This document shows positions 55,070-57,267 of a DNA stretch of 57,267 nt, piece by piece (the stretch's first letter is position 1; each line of letters opens with the position of its first letter). Both the position numbers and the translations under genes were made by a program. Source of the DNA: a virus (taxonomy: Duplodnaviria; Caudoviricetes). The notes beneath the pieces were generated by a model, which was not told the DNA's origin, searched no databases, and was given only the letters and a program-made list of their open reading frames with translations. The stretch spans positions 1 to 57,267 of the IMG/VR virus record IMGVR_UViG_3300043398_000440; one strand, written 5' to 3'.

Positions 55070-55597
55070 ATGCACGAAGCACAGACCAAGTTGTTAGAAG
55101 CGGCTCGACTACTCACTGAGGCGGCAGCACTGCTAAGCGCGCCCGCCCCTATGCCTGCTGTTATGCAGCGGGTTGCGGCCGCGCAAGCGGAGATGCAATC
55201 ACAACCCGTTCTGACACAACGCTGGGTTGGACCGGCTAGCGCCGTGCCCGTGCCGACGCTGCCGCCGACCATGCCCGCAAAGGCAGCCGTTCGCCGACTT
55301 GGACGCAAGAACGCACACCAGGGAGCGCGCGCCTACTTCTATCTGCACCTAGGCAACAAGCTAAACCCAGCGGACGACGTTATCTATCGTGTGCTAGGCG
55401 ATCGGGGCGTTGCTGAGGCGCACCGTCTAGAAATGGATGCGCGTCGCGACCCTAACGCCATCATCGAACGACTCAACGCCAAGGTCTATGGCGCCTTGGT
55501 GTCGGCAAGGCTCCGCCAAGCCCGCAATGGTGTTGCCCACTATGTCGGCTGCACCGAAGCAATCGACCTTACCGGACCAGTCGCCAAACAAAGCTAG
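55070..55597 (+). CDS. Hypothetical protein
   Basis: SD AAGGAG. Confidence 0.65.
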   Translation: MHEAQTKLLEAARLLTEAAALLSAPAPMPAVMQRVAAAQAEMQSQPVLTQRWVGPASAVPVPTLPPTMPAKAAVRRLGRKNAHQGARAYFYLHLGNKLNPADDVIYRVLGDRGVAEAHRLEMDARRDPNAIIERLNAKVYGALVSARLRQARNGVAHYVGCTEAIDLTGPVAKQS

Positions 55598-55622
55598 TCA
55601 ACCCGCAGCAAAGGAACGTACC

Positions 55623-55811
55623 ATGTCAACAGTCAAGAAATGCGCCGCTCATTCGGAATCGACTAACAAACCATGCCAACGCCTAGGATCGGTGCTCGTG
55701 CACGGCAAAGGCTACTGTGGCACCCATGCTCTAGAACGCCAGTATCAGGCCACGCTGCACCCTGAGGCAGCCAATGCCGACCCCGTGCGCAGCTGGCGCA
55801 ACCAACCGTGA
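55623..55811 (+). CDS. Small Zn-binding protein
   Basis: CAAH..PC..YCGTH; SD AAGGA. Confidence 0.55.
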   Translation: MSTVKKCAAHSESTNKPCQRLGSVLVHGKGYCGTHALERQYQATLHPEAANADPVRSWRNQP

Positions 55812-55885
55812 TGATCTAGCTACTGCGGTGAGGCGAGGGTTTACAGCACGCCACGAACTATAAACCATAGGTGGAGGAAACGGCT

Positions 55886-56152
55886 ATGGAAGCAATCTTG
55901 ACCTGCTTAGGGCTTACGCTCGGCTACATGATTCTGACGCGCACCGATTTGATCAAGGCGATCCGCGCACTGCTAGGGCTGCTTACATTCGGTGTAAGCA
56001 TCAGCGGCTGTGCCCACATGACTCAGGCTGACCACGCCGCATGGGCGGCTGCCATTCGCGCAGCAGGCAACCAGATCGCCAACAACCCATACCGCCCCAC
56101 CAACTGCACCAGCCAAGTGATTGGCGGAACGGTCTACACTACATGCCAATGA
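55886..56152 (+). CDS. Membrane/lipoprotein
   Basis: Two hydrophobic segments, ISGC, C-terminal NCTSQVIGGTVYTTCQ; SD GGAGG. Confidence 0.6.
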   Translation: MEAILTCLGLTLGYMILTRTDLIKAIRALLGLLTFGVSISGCAHMTQADHAAWAAAIRAAGNQIANNPYRPTNCTSQVIGGTVYTTCQ

Positions 56153-56319
56153 CTAAACGACAACGCCAAATCACGGACTGGATTGCCGCCTACGTAGCAC
56201 GAACTGGCCTACGTCCTACCATGGCCGAAATCATGGCGGGGCTCAACTTCGGATCACACAAGGCCGCTCGGGCGATGCTCGCCAAGCTCAAACAACCACA
56301 AAAAAGAGCCAAGTCTTGA
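56149..56319 (+). CDS. LexA-like DNA-binding domain only
   Basis: MTKRQRQITDWI...GLRPTMAEIMAGLNFGS..AARAML..L. Confidence 0.75.
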   Translation: MTKRQRQITDWIAAYVARTGLRPTMAEIMAGLNFGSHKAARAMLAKLKQPQKRAKS

Positions 56320-56552
56320 CAGCTCACGCACCATATCTCGCTGTCGTCGGTCGCACCCTCAACGGCACTACCGACGTCCGCTTTGACCCACGCTACCGCT
56401 ACCCTCACGTGCTCCGCATAGTAGAACGCTACGTGGGCGACCGACACTTGGCCTACCGCTGCCTAGTCAAAGCCCTTACCAACGAAACCGCGTACGTACA
56501 AATCTGCCGCAGCGCGTTCGCTCGCCGGCACCTTCCACGAAAGGCCCCTTGA
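56316..56552 (+). CDS. Hypothetical protein
   Basis: TTGA coupling. Confidence 0.45.
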   Translation: MTAHAPYLAVVGRTLNGTTDVRFDPRYRYPHVLRIVERYVGDRHLAYRCLVKALTNETAYVQICRSAFARRHLPRKAP

Positions 56553-56797
56553 TGAAACGCCACGCCAAAACTTACGCTTCACCCATCTCACTAACCAAGG
56601 TACCGAGCAAACCGCAACTTAGGTTGCACGCCGTCACGTGCTGCCGAGAACACCACCACCTACTCGCGCCAGGCGAACCTACAATGTGTGCAGGCTCCCT
56701 ACACATCCGCCGGTCGATCTTCAACCAAGTACGCGTCGTGTGCGACCTACACCTACAATGGGACGCCAAACTCCCGCGCCCGATGTACCATGCCTGA
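56549..56797 (+). CDS. Hypothetical protein
   Basis: Coupled to neighbours. Confidence 0.45.
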   Translation: MMKRHAKTYASPISLTKVPSKPQLRLHAVTCCREHHHLLAPGEPTMCAGSLHIRRSIFNQVRVVCDLHLQWDAKLPRPMYHA

Positions 56798-57002
56798 CAT
56801 CGCTATGTGCTCCGGTGTCAATTGCCCGCTCGCTAAGGCCTGCTACAGGCACACCGCGACCGAGACACCCAGCCGCCAGGCTTTCTTCGCCACGCCTCCC
56901 TACGACCCTGCTACGCGGTCCTGCATGCATCACATCAATAGCCGCCCACTAAACAGAGTTGATCAAGCCACTGTGGTGCGGCGCGCAGTGCAAGCTGTCT
57001 GA
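56790..57002 (+). CDS. Conserved small Cys phage protein
   Basis: MPDIAMCSGVNCPLAKACYR...RQAFF..PPYD. Confidence 0.65.
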   Translation: MPDIAMCSGVNCPLAKACYRHTATETPSRQAFFATPPYDPATRSCMHHINSRPLNRVDQATVVRRAVQAV

Positions 57003-57012
57003 CTGTCTTGGC

Positions 57013-57267
57013 ATGTCCTAGGTTAGGTTCTACAGTATTTCCAACGCGCGCGCGCGCGATAGAGCGTTTGTATAATATTAGGTAAGACATAGTAGGACAG
57101 TCAGACAGTACAGCAATTACAGGTACTTGCAGTGTCCGATCATGTCACTCTGTCTGACCATCCAAGGTCAGATCGCCGCGTTTTTGTGGCACAATGTCGT
57201 GAATCTTCGCACCTTTCCAGACATTTATGCGCTTGGTCTTGCCCGGATCGGTCCATGCTTTCGCCCG
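57013..57267. repeat. Terminal direct repeat, right copy
   Basis: Matches 1-253 with one extra CG and one SNP. Confidence 0.95.

Overview
This window looks like a complete, circularly closed genome (~57.0 kb plus a 253/255-bp end overlap) of a GC-rich tailed phage. Its virion module is podovirus-like (terminase, portal, scaffold, major capsid, fibres, adaptor, nozzle, ejection proteins, no tape measure) and is followed by a holin/M15-endolysin lysis cassette on the minus strand (~19.2-45.4 kb). The replication and nucleotide-metabolism arm (~0.1-19.2 kb) encodes an SF3 helicase, RepB-type primase, serine recombinase, RuvC, PD-(D/E)XK nuclease, Sak4-like ATPase, SSB, PolA, phosphoesterases, a kinase, a HAD nucleotidase and four tRNA genes, several atypical. 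An AT-rich control region with a sigma54-type promoter (51.7-52.3 kb) separates leftward genes from small rightward early genes. The most striking element is a cassette inserted between primase and helicase (1491-3013): an uncharacterised 243-aa protein, a frameshifted endonuclease VII remnant, and a ~375-nt structured non-coding RNA. The RNA has its own promoter and terminator and contains two circularly permuted tRNA-like cloverleaves lacking anticodon loops. A ~15-bp motif (CCRCAGYRGCTRRWY) is scattered at least 20 times through the genome. All family assignments come from motif recognition by eye; no database searches were run.
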